DNA from: Octopus sinensis
Lineage: Eukaryota
Reading direction: 5' to 3'
Assembly: GCF_006345805.1 (NCBI RefSeq)
Contig: NC_043009.1
Coordinates: 40,548,001 to 40,612,000, forward strand
DNA: 64,000 nt
Shown: piece after piece, positions 63,438 through 64,000 of the stretch
Layout of the letters: each line of letters opens with the position of its first letter
Numbering within the stretch: position 1 is the stretch's first letter
Notes under the pieces: model-generated
The model's input: only the letters and a program-made list of their open reading frames with translations
Databases searched by the model: none
What the model was told of the DNA's origin: nothing
Program-made: the position numbers and the translations under genes

Positions 63438-64000
63438 AGAACATAATGCAATGCTACAGGTGAGGTGGCTGTCTTTATTTCTTATATAGAAATCCCAACA
63501 AGTTTTGATTATGTTTTAAATTTTAGTTTTTACATTTTTTTTTATAATTTTCATGCATACATGAAACATACCCAGGTTTCAAAACCTATTATTATTGTTG
63601 TTGATGTTTACATTATTGTAGCTAACAAGCAGTTTGTCATAAGTTTACATTATTTTTTTTTTTTCTGTAATATTTAAAGGAGACAAAATCATGAATGGCT
63701 GTATGATTAAGAATCTCAATGTGTAAAGACATGGTTTAAGGTTCAGTTCTAGTGTGCAGCTCCAGAGTGGCCAATGCTCCATGAATGAACTTAGCAGATA
63801 GAAACTGTGTGGAATCCCATTTTGTGTATATACAAAAAGCACCCAGTTGTAAAGTGGTTGGCATGAGGAATGGGAATCCAACTGTAGAAATCAAGCCAAG
63901 TCAAACCGGAACCTGGTGCAGCTTTCTGGCTCTGGTCAAACTGTCCTACTCATGCCAACGTGGAAAATGTACTTTAAATGAGGATATATATATAAGCTGA

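Overview
Repeat-saturated, AT-rich animal genomic DNA, most likely a coleoid cephalopod such as Octopus. That assignment is inferred from recalled SINE families, not a database search. No intact host protein-coding gene can be supported: almost all ORF-track entries are microsatellite translations or SINE read-through. The window holds dozens of tRNA-headed SINEs of four head types (labelled A-D here) with interchangeable tails, and long simple repeats. Recognisable transposon fossils are a young 5'-truncated R4/Dong RLE retrotransposon in (TAA)n, four RTE-clade fragments, a CR1-like 3' end, an orphan L1/Tx1-like ORF1 with a CCHC knuckle, a Penelope-like GIY-YIG fragment, a decayed mariner, a mariner MITE and a Helitron/HINE-like element. 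There is also a U6 snRNA pseudogene abutting a SINE. The main observations are: (1) minimal hammerhead-ribozyme motifs in Penelope-type termini anchored on (TA)n; (2) SINE-B head-less 184-bp tandem arrays that appear to arise by self-targeting at GGTA; (3) two different SINEs stacked at one site with a triplicated 14-bp TSD; (4) a 32-bp-stem hairpin whose mismatches are G-U on one strand; (5) a switch to strong CpG decay at about 53-54 kb, suggesting a methylated gene-body domain. Repeat boundaries are approximate unless a TSD is quoted. Family names come from motif recall, not alignment.
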